From assembly GCA_964342155.1 (NCBI GenBank), contig CAYFEQ010000002.1, positions 35,197 to 99,196 of the forward strand: DNA of 64,000 nt, in the 5' to 3' direction. This stretch comes from an uncultured Ectothiorhodospiraceae bacterium. GTDB lineage: Bacteria; Pseudomonadota; Gammaproteobacteria; GCA-002705445; GCA-002716945. Of the stretch, positions 31,144 to 40,679 are shown piece by piece. Position numbers and translations under genes: made by a program. Numbering within the stretch: the first letter of the stretch is position 1; every line of letters begins with the position of its first letter. Below the pieces are notes generated by a model. That model was not told the origin of the DNA. It saw only the letters and a program-made list of their open reading frames with translations, and made no database searches.

Positions 31144-31857
31144 TTAGAAACTATATGACAGAGATAGAGTAGCATAACCTGTTTCTTGATCACTATTTTG
31201 TGTCGCACCAGCTCCTCCATCATTATTACGTCCTATAGTTACATCCACATCTGCTCCTGCAAATGCTGTTGAATATGTTAACTCGTGGGTCGCATAATGA
31301 ATCGAACCACCAGTAAACGTTTGCCAGCTATAACCAATTGAGTCAGATATTGGAACATTAACTTTGAAATGTCCATAATCAGAACTTGTATTTCCATTAC
31401 CAGCTTTGTAATCACCGAATATTACACTATCAAATGAGAATAAACCAAAATCCATTCCAAAACTAACTTCTTCATAGTCTTGATCAAAATCATCAGTATA
31501 GTAATATCCCATTACTCCTAAGTAAGAGGGTACACCAAACAAATTGAAGTTATACCCAGTATACAGATCTATTTCTAAACTAGGATCATGTAAACTTGAT
31601 GCACCAACATCTGCCCACCATGTTCCTAAGTAAAAATTTCCTGCTTCATAATCAGCACCAAAATTGATGACTGAATCGTTTTGAAAAGCTCCTCTATACC
31701 AGTATGCGGTCATAAAACCAACATTATAAGTAATAGCGCTGGAGCCTCCTTGATTACCTTTACCTTCGCCAGTACCTGCTCCACCAGCAAGCGCTGTTGT
31801 TGCAGAAAATGCCAGTAATAAGATACCTGCAAAAGTATTTTTTATTGCTTTTCCCAT
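31144..31857 (-). CDS. Putative small outer-membrane beta-barrel channel (porin-like), first gene of the glnK-amtB operon
   Basis: 237 aa; cleavable signal peptide (AFSATTALA), Gly-rich N-terminal linker, alternating hydrophobic/aromatic beta-strand pattern, C-terminal ...LSLSYSF with terminal Phe typical of OMP barrels. Confidence 0.5.
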   Translation of the reverse strand: MGKAIKNTFAGILLLAFSATTALAGGAGTGEGKGNQGGSSAITYNVGFMTAYWYRGAFQNDSVINFGADYEAGNFYLGTWWADVGASSLHDPSLEIDLYTGYNFNLFGVPSYLGVMGYYYTDDFDQDYEEVSFGMDFGLFSFDSVIFGDYKAGNGNTSSDYGHFKVNVPISDSIGYSWQTFTGGSIHYATHELTYSTAFAGADVDVTIGRNNDGGAGATQNSDQETGYATLSLSYSF

Positions 31858-31940
31858 ATTTCTTCTCCTATATATCCTAGTCTTATTAAGTTTTAAGTTG
31901 GACGATTATCAACAATAAAAGTCCTTCACGCCATACACTA

Positions 31941-31956
31941 TGCATAATCCATGCCA
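31941..31956 (-). promoter_or_regulatory. Sigma-54 (-24/-12) promoter candidate for porin-glnK-amtB
   Basis: Minus strand reads TGGCATG-GATT-ATGCA versus consensus TGGCACG-N4-TTGCA (GG-N10-GC spacing exact); about 85 nt upstream of the porin start codon. Confidence 0.5.
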
Positions 31957-31958
31957 AC

Positions 31959-31982
31959 TTGATTCTCCCTTTGATTCTCCCT
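31959..31982. repeat. Perfect tandem duplication of 12-bp unit TTGATTCTCCCT immediately upstream of the sigma-54 -24 element
   Basis: ttgattctccct ttgattctccct read directly at 31959-31982. Confidence 0.6.
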
Positions 31983-32017
31983 AATTTAAGTCCAGTGTTT
32001 TGTAACAATGACATACT

Positions 32018-32040
32018 TAGTGTAGAGTGTAAATAGTGTA
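32018..32040. repeat. Three closely spaced direct copies of (T)AGTGTA
   Basis: tagtgta g agtgta aa tagtgta at 32018-32040, between the sigma-54 promoter and the NtrC-like palindrome. Confidence 0.4.
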
Positions 32041-32084
32041 ATAAACTATGAAAGGCTATATTTGATGCCCTTTTTTTATTCACA

Positions 32085-32101
32085 TGCACCAAATACGTGC
32101 A
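32085..32101. promoter_or_regulatory. NtrC-type enhancer palindrome TGCACCA-N3-ACGTGCA
   Basis: 17-bp site with GCAC-N7-GTGC core spacing identical to the NtrC consensus TGCACCA-N3-TGGTGCA (12/14 defined positions); centred ~140 bp upstream of the sigma-54 -24 element. Confidence 0.45.
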
Positions 32102-32339
32102 AGGAGATGACGTGTTAAATTCAGATAAATTAATTGAGTTAGTAGAAAAAATAAGCAACTTAATTCCTGAGGGGAGTCAAGAATTAAAAGAAGAAATGAA
32201 AAACAATATCAGAATTATATTGGAAGATTATTTGCAAAAATTAAATTTAGTTTCTAGAGAAGAGTTTGATACCCAAAAAGAAGTTCTATTAAAAACGAGA
32301 TTAAAAATTGAAGAATTAGAAAAAAAACTTAAAACTTAA
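32097..32339 (+). CDS. ubiK: Ubiquinone biosynthesis accessory factor UbiK (YqiC/BMFP family)
   Basis: [29 protein letters not shown] aligns with E. coli UbiK [29 protein letters not shown]; likely true start is the GTG at 32112 preceded by AAGGAG. Confidence 0.75.
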   Translation: [80 protein letters not shown]

Positions 32340-32348
32340 AACTTAGTT

Positions 32349-32840
32349 TTAGTTAGATTTATCAATCATATAATCAACTGCCGCTTTGACTTCATCATCT
32401 GTAAGAGAAGGATCTCCTCCTCTAGCTGGCATAACACCGATTCCATTAATTGCCTGTTCATATAAATGGTCAACTCCTTCGGCAATCCTCTCATTCCATT
32501 GATCTTTATTTCCTGTTACAGGTGCGCCGGCGGCTCCACTAGAATGACAGGCAAGGCATACAGCATTATAAACTTGTTCTCCTGATTTAATTTCATTCGA
32601 AACAGCAACTTGTATCTTAGTCTTTATACTTGGATTACTAGCTAAATTAACTTTTCCTACGGGCTCAGTCCGCTTATCTATTAATTGACTTAATTCTTGT
32701 TTATGGTTTTTAGTATGACTTTGGGAATGATTAGCAAAAACATTAGATAAATATGCTATCAGAATTAATATGACGAATATTAGTAGGAAGAGTATGCTTA
32801 CAATTTTATAAAATTGACCATCCGAGATTTTTTGTTCCAT
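32349..32840 (-). CDS. Cytochrome c5 (class I monohaem, membrane-anchored)
   Basis: 163 aa; N-terminal TM anchor; CLACHSSGAAGAP haem motif and GIGVMPARGG Met-ligand region as in Azotobacter/Pseudomonas c5. Confidence 0.8.
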   Translation of the reverse strand: MEQKISDGQFYKIVSILFLLIFVILILIAYLSNVFANHSQSHTKNHKQELSQLIDKRTEPVGKVNLASNPSIKTKIQVAVSNEIKSGEQVYNAVCLACHSSGAAGAPVTGNKDQWNERIAEGVDHLYEQAINGIGVMPARGGDPSLTDDEVKAAVDYMIDKSN

Positions 32841-32914
32841 TGATAAAATTATCCTTGATTATTTTCCTTTTCGATAGATTATACTAAAAGAAATAAAAAA
32901 ATCATCCATAATTT

Positions 32915-32988
32915 GCGCCTGTAGCTCAGTTGGATAGAGCGTTGGCTTCCGAAGCCAAAGGTCAGAAGTTCAAGTCTTCTCAGGCGCT
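32915..32988 (+). tRNA. tRNA-Arg (anticodon CCG)
   Basis: 74-nt cloverleaf: acceptor GCGCCTG/CAGGCGC, D-arm GCTCAGTTGGATAGAGC, anticodon stem-loop TTGGC-TTCCGAA-GCCAA, T-arm AGAAGTTCAAGTCTTCT; close to E. coli argX tRNA; CCA not encoded. Confidence 0.8.
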
Positions 32989-32992
32989 GAAT

Positions 32993-33841
32993 TTATCTCG
33001 ATAGTCTTTCTGCTGCAATAACGGTATTTTCTATTAAAGCACAAACGGTCATCGGTCCTACACCACCAGGAACAGGTGTTATAGCTGATGCTTTCTCTTG
33101 GGCTGATTCAAAATCTACATCGCCACAAAGTTTTCCATCAACATTATGGATTCCTACATCAATAACAATACTTCCTTTGGGAATTTGGTCTCCGTTTATA
33201 AATTTAGGAACTCCGACAGCAACAATAATAACATCTGCATCTGACAATTTTGCAGTCAAATCTCTAGTTCTTGAATGACACATGGTAACTGTGGCATGTT
33301 TTTGCTGGCATAGTATAGATACTGGTTTTCCAACAATATTTGATCTTCCTATGACTGTAACATTCTTTCCTTTAAGATCTGTTTTCGTAGATTCCAATAA
33401 CAACATAATACCCTTAGGGGTACAGGAAACCAAAGTCTCCTCACCAAGAAAGAGTTTGCCTACATTTGTAGGTGTAAAGCCATCAACATCTTTTGATGGA
33501 TCAATCGTATTTAGTACTTTAGTTACAGAAATATGATCTGGAAGTGGTAATTGCACAATAACTCCATGAACATTATTGTCTTGGTTAATTTTCAAAATTT
33601 CATCTAAAATTTCTTGTTCTGATATGGAGTTGGGGAATTTTCTTACCTCTGAATTTATGCCAGCTTTACTAGCAAATTTTTCCTTTTGTCTAACGTAGCT
33701 TGCAGATGCCTGAACATCGCCAACTAAAATAACTACTAAAGTTGGAACTATGTCTTTTGTTTTAAGTTCATCTACTTTGTTTTTTATATTAGTTGTTAAA
33801 ATCTTTTCAGCAACATCTTTGCCACTTATGATATCTGCCAT
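32993..33841 (-). CDS. folD: Bifunctional methylenetetrahydrofolate dehydrogenase/cyclohydrolase
   Basis: 282 aa; conserved FolD motifs (QLPLP, GVPKFI, TPVPGGVGPMT). Confidence 0.9.
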   Translation of the reverse strand: MADIISGKDVAEKILTTNIKNKVDELKTKDIVPTLVVILVGDVQASASYVRQKEKFASKAGINSEVRKFPNSISEQEILDEILKINQDNNVHGVIVQLPLPDHISVTKVLNTIDPSKDVDGFTPTNVGKLFLGEETLVSCTPKGIMLLLESTKTDLKGKNVTVIGRSNIVGKPVSILCQQKHATVTMCHSRTRDLTAKLSDADVIIVAVGVPKFINGDQIPKGSIVIDVGIHNVDGKLCGDVDFESAQEKASAITPVPGGVGPMTVCALIENTVIAAERLSR

Positions 33842-33856
33842 GCCTTCACTCCTAAA

Positions 33857-34477
33857 TTATTTTAAATCAAGTCTTTCTTTTTCAACTAGAAAATTAACTA
33901 CATCATATAGTTCAGGATAAGAACTTACAAAGGAACCACTAGTTAAATATTTCCCATTTACAATTATAGTTGGCACCGATGTTATTTGATATTTTTTAGC
34001 TAATTTATTAGCTTTTTTTATACGTATTTCAGTTCCAAATGAATCAAAATTTTTTGAAAAATTTGAACCATCATAACCTTGGGCATCTATAAAATCAACT
34101 AGGCTAGATTTTGTGTCTAATCTATTACCATTAATATGTATTTCTTCAAAAATTTTTGAATGTAAACTATGATCTATATCCATTTGTTGCATAGAAAAAA
34201 AAGCTTTGGCATGGTTCATCCATGATTCCCTTAGAGCGAGAGGCAGCTTTATCAAAATAGTATCCTTTTCTAAATTTGATTCAATTTTTTCTATTGTTGG
34301 CTCTATATTAAAACAATGTGGACATCCATACCAAAAAAATTCATAAATAACAATTTTTTCATATTCAGTTTGTTGAGAGTTTGAAATTTGAACATACTTT
34401 TGAGGATCATTTTCAGCATAGGTTGAATTGCTAAATACAATTAAAAAAAATAAAATCAGAAACGTACTTTTTTTCAT
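33857..34477 (-). CDS. dsbA: Thiol:disulfide interchange protein DsbA
   Basis: 206 aa; signal peptide; thioredoxin-fold CPHC active site (FFWYGCPHCFNIEP). Confidence 0.8.
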   Translation of the reverse strand: MKKSTFLILFFLIVFSNSTYAENDPQKYVQISNSQQTEYEKIVIYEFFWYGCPHCFNIEPTIEKIESNLEKDTILIKLPLALRESWMNHAKAFFSMQQMDIDHSLHSKIFEEIHINGNRLDTKSSLVDFIDAQGYDGSNFSKNFDSFGTEIRIKKANKLAKKYQITSVPTIIVNGKYLTSGSFVSSYPELYDVVNFLVEKERLDLK

Positions 34478-35091
34478 TAATATAATCCTTGTATATATTC
34501 AGCAACAGATTTTATCTCATTATCTGTCATTCTATGAACAATGTTACGCATCATTTTATTTGGGTCATTAGATCTTGTTCCTGAGCGGAAATTTTTTAAT
34601 TGTTGTTCAATATATTGTGAATGTTGCCCAGAAAGAGCAGGAATAGCTGCTGCATAGTTTCCTTGTCCATTAGGGCCATGGCAAGCTATACAAGCTTGTA
34701 TCTTGTATTCCATTATTCCTCCACGATAAATATTTTGCCCAATCTCAAAATACTCATCTTTGGTTGTTCCAACTGACTTTTCTAGTGAAGAATAATATAG
34801 TGCTAAACTTTCTATGTCATCATCAGATAAAGTTGATGCAATTCCATACATAATTGAATTATTTCTATTACCGCTCGCTCCTTTTCTAAATTCTAACATT
34901 TGTAATTTGATATATTTTGGATGTTGCCCAGCCAAATTTGGCCAGATTGGATTTACACTTATACCATTATCCCCGTGGCAAGCAACACAAGTTACACTTT
35001 TTTCTTTTCCCTTATTTATATCAGCAGAAAAAAGACCATTAGAAAAAATCAATGCTACCGTGGTTAATAATAATATAAATGGTTTTTTCAT
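34477..35091 (-). CDS. Cytochrome c4 (dihaem)
   Basis: 204 aa; signal peptide; two CxxCH motifs (CVACHG, CIACHG) in tandem class I domains; cc4-dsbA adjacency as in Pseudomonas. Confidence 0.85.
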   Translation of the reverse strand: MKKPFILLLTTVALIFSNGLFSADINKGKEKSVTCVACHGDNGISVNPIWPNLAGQHPKYIKLQMLEFRKGASGNRNNSIMYGIASTLSDDDIESLALYYSSLEKSVGTTKDEYFEIGQNIYRGGIMEYKIQACIACHGPNGQGNYAAAIPALSGQHSQYIEQQLKNFRSGTRSNDPNKMMRNIVHRMTDNEIKSVAEYIQGLY

Positions 35092-35140
35092 CTCAGGACA
35101 TTATTATATCTTATAGTGAGAATTCTTCAAATCAACTATA

Positions 35141-37825
35141 CTAATGAGCATCTCCCCAATTCTTATCTACACCAATTTCCACAAGTAAAGGTACATTTAA
35201 TTTAAGACAATTAGACATCATCGCATCTATCTTCTTTACGGCCTCCTCTACAAAATCATCAGCTATTTCAAAAACAAGTTCATCATGTACCTGCATGATG
35301 ATCTTAACAGGACATTTAGATTCTTGTATCCATTTATCAATATCAATCATAGCAATTTTTATAATATCTGCTGCGGTACCTTGTATTGGTGCATTGATTG
35401 CAGTTCTCTCAGCTGCACTTCTTATCTGAAAATTAGTGTGATTGATATTTGGTATAAAAATCTTTCTACCTAAAATTGTACTAATGCATCCTTCTTTTTT
35501 GGTTTCTTTTTTACATGATTCCATAAATTTTCTAACACCACTATATTTCTCAAAATATTTTTCAATATATTGCTTGGCTGAATTAGTATCAATACCTAAT
35601 TGTTTTCCCAAGCCGAAAGATGATATTCCATATATAAGACCAAAATTTATTGTTTTAGCTGATCTTCTTTGTTCTGCATCTGGTTTTGAATCAATATCAA
35701 ATATCTCTTTTGCAGTTGATTCATGAACATCTTCATTATTCAAAAAGTTTTTTGTTAGATTTTTATCTTTTGATAAATGGGCCATTACACGTAACTCTAT
35801 TTGTGAGTAATCTGCCGAGACTATTTTGCAGTTTTTTTCAGCAACAAACGCAGACCTTATTTTTTTACCATCATCTGTTCTTATTGGAATATTTTGTAAG
35901 TTTGGATCAGTAGATGATAGTCTACCTGTTATTGTTACTGCTTGATGATAAGAGGTATGTAATCTTCCAGTTTTATTACTTACTTGTTCTCCTAATTTAT
36001 TAGTATAAGTATTAATAAGTTTCATAAAATTTCTAAATTGTAATACAAGTTTAGGTATTTCATAATTGAGTGAAAGCTCTTGCAGAACATCTTCGCTTGT
36101 TGAAGGTTGCCCTTTAGGGGTTTTTCTTAAAATAGGAATCTCTAAAATATCATAAAATATTTCCTGTAGTTGTTTTGGTGAACCTATATTGAATGTTTTT
36201 CCTGCTAACTTATAAATTTCTTTTTCAATTTTTTTAGCTTTAGTCTGTAGCTTTTTATTTTGTAATTGAAGATTTTTTTTATCTAAAAATACACCATTGT
36301 TTTCTATTCGTGCAATGACACTCACAAGCGGTCTTTCTATTTTTTGATATAATTTTAACTGTTTCTCATCACTCATTTTTTGATTAAAAAAACTAAACAG
36401 ACGATAGGTTATATCTGCATCTTCGCATGCATACTCAGACGCAGTTTCAATATCTATTTCTGAAAAATTTTTTTGTTTTACACCCTTACCTACAACATCT
36501 TCATACTCTATCATCCTATGATTTAAATATTTTTGACTAAGAGTCGATAAATCATGTCTTCCTGAAGAATTAAAGACATATGATAAAACCATAGTGTCTT
36601 CTATATTTGATGATATATTTATATTATATTTGCGCAAAACATTAATATCGTATTTTATATTTTGACCAATTATTGTATTCTTTTTGTTTTCTAATAAATC
36701 TTTTAATTTCTTCCGAATACTAGAGTTTAATTTGATATTACAATCTTCATTTTTATGATTAATTGGTATATAAAATCCACTATGCGATTCTGTTGAAAAT
36801 GACATTCCTACCAATTCAGCATCTATATAATCAAGCGAAGTTGTTTCTGTATCAAAAGAAAAAATCTTAACTTTATTTAACTTATCAATTAATTGATTAA
36901 AATCTTTTTCATTAGATACTATCGTATAAGATGTTTCCTGACTTTCTCTGGGCTCCATATCAATGCTTAATGAGCTAGCAATATTTTTTAATTCATATCT
37001 AGAAGCTATTTCAGCAAGCTTTTGTTCATTTCTGTTACTAATTTTATATTTATTAATCTCTGTATCTACATCAACATCAACTTTTAATTGAATTAATTTT
37101 TTAGATGTTTCAATAAAATTTTTATAATTAGATAAATTTTCTTTTAATTTGCCTGTTATCTCTTCAATTTTAGTAAAAATCCCATCAATTGATTTATATT
37201 TTAAAAGTAATTCTGCTGCTTTTTTTGGACCAACTTTTTGTACTCCAGGTATATTGTCTGATGAATCACCCACTAACATAAGATAATCAAGAATCTGATT
37301 TGGTAAAACTCCAAATTTTTCTTTAACTCCAGCTTCATCAAGCACCTTATCATCCATGCTATTAATCAGGACGGTGTATTGAGTTACTAACTGCGCTAAA
37401 TCCTTATCACCAGAGGATATTATAACTTGATTTTTTTTTGACGATAATTTTGTTGCTAATGTTGCAATAACATCATCGGCTTCTACATCTGGAACTTGCA
37501 AAACGGAAATACCAAGTGCTTTTATAAAGTTTATTAATGGAGGAACTTGCTCGCTCAGTTCTATTGGCATTGGTTTTCTATTTGCTTTATATTCTTTATA
37601 AATATCATGTCTAAAAGTTTTACCTTTTGGATCAAATATTACTGATAAATATTTAGGCTCATATGTTTTAATAAGTTTATTAATCATATTAATAACACCG
37701 TGTATTGCTCCTGTACTAAATCCAGAAACGGTTGTTAAATTAGGAAGGGCATAAAATGCTCTATACAAATAAGATGAGCCATCAACGAGAACAAAATTAT
37801 CTCTATTTTTATTAGCCAAAATCAT
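35141..37825 (-). CDS. polA: DNA polymerase I
   Basis: 894 aa; 5'-3' exo, 3'-5' exo and family A polymerase domains (motif A DYSQIELR, motif B RRSAKTINFGLIYG, motif C VHDEL). Confidence 0.95.
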   Translation of the reverse strand: MILANKNRDNFVLVDGSSYLYRAFYALPNLTTVSGFSTGAIHGVINMINKLIKTYEPKYLSVIFDPKGKTFRHDIYKEYKANRKPMPIELSEQVPPLINFIKALGISVLQVPDVEADDVIATLATKLSSKKNQVIISSGDKDLAQLVTQYTVLINSMDDKVLDEAGVKEKFGVLPNQILDYLMLVGDSSDNIPGVQKVGPKKAAELLLKYKSIDGIFTKIEEITGKLKENLSNYKNFIETSKKLIQLKVDVDVDTEINKYKISNRNEQKLAEIASRYELKNIASSLSIDMEPRESQETSYTIVSNEKDFNQLIDKLNKVKIFSFDTETTSLDYIDAELVGMSFSTESHSGFYIPINHKNEDCNIKLNSSIRKKLKDLLENKKNTIIGQNIKYDINVLRKYNINISSNIEDTMVLSYVFNSSGRHDLSTLSQKYLNHRMIEYEDVVGKGVKQKNFSEIDIETASEYACEDADITYRLFSFFNQKMSDEKQLKLYQKIERPLVSVIARIENNGVFLDKKNLQLQNKKLQTKAKKIEKEIYKLAGKTFNIGSPKQLQEIFYDILEIPILRKTPKGQPSTSEDVLQELSLNYEIPKLVLQFRNFMKLINTYTNKLGEQVSNKTGRLHTSYHQAVTITGRLSSTDPNLQNIPIRTDDGKKIRSAFVAEKNCKIVSADYSQIELRVMAHLSKDKNLTKNFLNNEDVHESTAKEIFDIDSKPDAEQRRSAKTINFGLIYGISSFGLGKQLGIDTNSAKQYIEKYFEKYSGVRKFMESCKKETKKEGCISTILGRKIFIPNINHTNFQIRSAAERTAINAPIQGTAADIIKIAMIDIDKWIQESKCPVKIIMQVHDELVFEIADDFVEEAVKKIDAMMSNCLKLNVPLLVEIGVDKNWGDAH

Positions 37826-37886
37826 ATAACCTTAGATAAGTTTATTTCAAAAAAAGATTTATAACTTATAATAAGCTGAAAAAGCC

Positions 37887-38828
37887 ATGTCTGTATATAC
37901 TAAAATAACTGATGGTGAGTTGGAATCACACCTTGAAAATTACTCATTGGGAAAGATTAGAAACTTTTCTGGTATTTCCGAGGGTATAGAAAATAGTAAT
38001 TATTTACTAAATACAGAGACTGGAGATTTTATATTTACTATTTTTGAAGCCATAAGTGCTGATAGAGTAGTTGACTATCTTTCATTTATGAATCATATAA
38101 ATAATAAAGGTTTGCTATCTCCACTTGTTATTAAAACAAATAATGATGAATTATTTAAAAATATTAAAAATAAGCCAGCAGCAGTAATACAGAAACTAGA
38201 AGGTAAATCGATTACTCAACCAACTAACAATCATTGTGAACAACTTGGGAAAATTTTGGCCGACTTTCACATCTATGGTTCAGACTTTGCGCTGAATATT
38301 ACAAATGCTAGAGGTGCTGTTTGGGCTAAGAAATCTTTAAAAAAACTTGATAATGTAATTGATAAAAACCAATTAAATTTGATTCAAAAAGCAATTGAAA
38401 TTCAAAATATTTTTGTGGATAGTGATTTGTCAACGGGAATGATTCATGCTGATCTTTTTAGAGATAATGTTTTATTTTCCAAAAATAGAATCTCAGGTGT
38501 CATTGACTTTTACTATTCATGCTATGATCCATATATCTATGATTTAGCTATTGTTGTAAATGATTGGTGTAACGAAGAAAATAATTCTATTAACCTAGAA
38601 AAATTTACACTCTTAGTAACTGAATATAATAAATATAAAAAAATTACTGATGATGAAAAAACATCATGGAAAAATGCCTTAGTTTCAGCCGCCCTTAGGT
38701 TTTATCTGTCTAGATTGATTGACCTACATTATCCAAAAATTGGAGAAATAACTCATATCAAAGACCCTTCTGTTTTTGAAAATATATTGATTGATAGAAT
38801 AGAAAATGAGTATCAAATCTTAGTATGA
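37887..38828 (+). CDS. thrB: Homoserine kinase, Pseudomonas-type (APH-like fold)
   Basis: 313 aa; N-terminus colinear with Pseudomonas ThrB (MSVYT...LGKIRNFSGISEGIENSNY), HADLFRDNVLF catalytic loop; divergent from polA as in Pseudomonas. Confidence 0.85.
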   Translation: MSVYTKITDGELESHLENYSLGKIRNFSGISEGIENSNYLLNTETGDFIFTIFEAISADRVVDYLSFMNHINNKGLLSPLVIKTNNDELFKNIKNKPAAVIQKLEGKSITQPTNNHCEQLGKILADFHIYGSDFALNITNARGAVWAKKSLKKLDNVIDKNQLNLIQKAIEIQNIFVDSDLSTGMIHADLFRDNVLFSKNRISGVIDFYYSCYDPYIYDLAIVVNDWCNEENNSINLEKFTLLVTEYNKYKKITDDEKTSWKNALVSAALRFYLSRLIDLHYPKIGEITHIKDPSVFENILIDRIENEYQILV

Positions 38829-39325
38829 AAAACTTACAAAAATTTCTTGATAACTTCATTGAAAAAGTTGGCTATGGAACTAGTTTTTTAGTAGTAGTTA
38901 TGGTTTTCTTGGTTACACTAACTCTATTTCTAAGGTATGTTTTAAGCATTGGAAGTGTCGCACTACAAGAATCAATCATGTATTTACATGCTATATTTTT
39001 TATGATTGGCATAAGTTTTGCAATAAAAGAAAATGCACATGTTAAAATTGATATCCTCTCTAATAAATTCAACAGCAAACAGAAAAATGTAGTCTTTATA
39101 GCAGGTTTAATTTTTTTTATGATTCCTTTTTCGCTATTTGTTATTTTTATCAGCATAGATATGGTAAGTAACTCATGGGAAGTTATGGAACAATCAAGTG
39201 AAGCAGGTGGACTAAATTTAGTTTATTTATTAAAAAGCGTTATTCCGTTGACTGGCTTCCTTATTTTCTTACAAAGTATTTCTGAACTTATAAAAAACAT
39301 CATCTCTTTTTTAAATGAACATTGA
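38825..39325 (+). CDS. dctQ: TRAP transporter small permease
   Basis: 166 aa, 4 TM; ATGA overlap with thrB stop; followed by dctM. Confidence 0.7.
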   Translation: MKNLQKFLDNFIEKVGYGTSFLVVVMVFLVTLTLFLRYVLSIGSVALQESIMYLHAIFFMIGISFAIKENAHVKIDILSNKFNSKQKNVVFIAGLIFFMIPFSLFVIFISIDMVSNSWEVMEQSSEAGGLNLVYLLKSVIPLTGFLIFLQSISELIKNIISFLNEH

Positions 39326-40679
39326 ATACATCGCCATTTTATTTGTTTTAACAACTTTTGGGTTTTTATTATCCGGATTTCCAGTTGCTTTTGTCTTATC
39401 TGGGACCTCTCTTATCTTTGCATATTTTGGAATTATTTTTGATGTATTTGATTACTCATATTTATTAGCATTTCCAAACCGAGTTTATGGAATAATGGTT
39501 AATCAAAATTTGCTCGCCGTACCATTATTTATTTTTATGGGTTCAGTCTTAGAAAAAACTGATATAGCAGAAAACCTACTTAAATCCATGAACCAATTAT
39601 ATAAAAATAGTTCAAGCGGCTTAGGTATTTCTGTGATAATCGTTGGTACATTAATGGCTGCTAGCACAGGAATTGTGGGTGCAAGTGTTGTAACGTTAGG
39701 ATTATTATCTCTACCTGTTATGTTAAAAAATGGTTATCCGCCTTCACTTGCTTGTGGAACTATTTGTGCATCTGGTACTTTAGGGCAAATAATACCTCCT
39801 TCACTTGTACTTATTTTGCTTGCAGATGTATTATCCTCTGCGTATCAACAAGCACAATTGAATGCTGGAATTTTTTCACCGGACACTATAACAATTGGAG
39901 ATCTTTTTGCTGGCGCAATTATTCCAGGCTTATTACTTCCAATACTATATATTTTTTATATAAAATCTAAAAAAATTAAAATAAATAAAAATAATGATAA
40001 AGGTATTAATGAAACAAATAGCGCAAATTTATTGAAATCAATTCTTCCACCATTCATTTTAATATTTCTTGTACTAGGATCAATTATCTTTGGGATTGCT
40101 ACACCATCAGAAGCTGCTGCTGTAGGTGCGGCTGGTTCTTTGAGCATAGCTTTTTTGAAGGGTAAATTTACAAAAAATATTTTAGAAAAAACATCGAGAG
40201 AAACTATTAAAATAACTAGTATGGTATTTATGATATTGCTTGGTGCAACGCTATTCTCTCTTGTTTTTCGTGGTTTTGAGGGAGAATTATTAATACATAA
40301 TCTCTTAGTAGAGATACCATCTGACAAGTATACTTCTTTATTAATAGTCCTTATATTAATGTTCTTTTTAGGTTTTATTTTAGATTTTATAGAGATTATA
40401 TTCATTGTAATTCCTTTATTTGGCCCTACTTTATTTTCCCTTGGTTTTGATCCTATTTGGATTGGCATTTTAATAGCAATGGTATTACAGACCTCATTCC
40501 TAACCCCTCCATTTGGATTTTCATTATTTTACTTGCGTGGCGTTACACCAAAAAATATTTCAACATCTGAAATTTATAATGGAGTCTACCCATTTATTGG
40601 CATACAGATTTTGGTTATTATAATTATTTATCAATTCCCTAGCATGACTACATTTTTGCCAGAATTTTTATTTGGATAA
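39315..40679 (+). CDS. dctM: TRAP transporter large permease
   Basis: 454 aa, ~12 TM, DctM-family organisation. Confidence 0.85.
   Translation: MNIEYIAILFVLTTFGFLLSGFPVAFVLSGTSLIFAYFGIIFDVFDYSYLLAFPNRVYGIMVNQNLLAVPLFIFMGSVLEKTDIAENLLKSMNQLYKNSSSGLGISVIIVGTLMAASTGIVGASVVTLGLLSLPVMLKNGYPPSLACGTICASGTLGQIIPPSLVLILLADVLSSAYQQAQLNAGIFSPDTITIGDLFAGAIIPGLLLPILYIFYIKSKKIKINKNNDKGINETNSANLLKSILPPFILIFLVLGSIIFGIATPSEAAAVGAAGSLSIAFLKGKFTKNILEKTSRETIKITSMVFMILLGATLFSLVFRGFEGELLIHNLLVEIPSDKYTSLLIVLILMFFLGFILDFIEIIFIVIPLFGPTLFSLGFDPIWIGILIAMVLQTSFLTPPFGFSLFYLRGVTPKNISTSEIYNGVYPFIGIQILVIIIIYQFPSMTTFLPEFLFG

Noticed and set aside
31886-32158. 90-aa minus-strand ORF in the porin/ubiK intergenic region
   Set aside because: No SD. 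It spans the sigma-54 promoter, the repeats and the NtrC site, so the region is better explained as regulatory DNA.
39956-40468. 170-aa minus-strand ORF
   Set aside because: Lies entirely inside dctM on the opposite strand. dctM has clear family features and the shadow does not.
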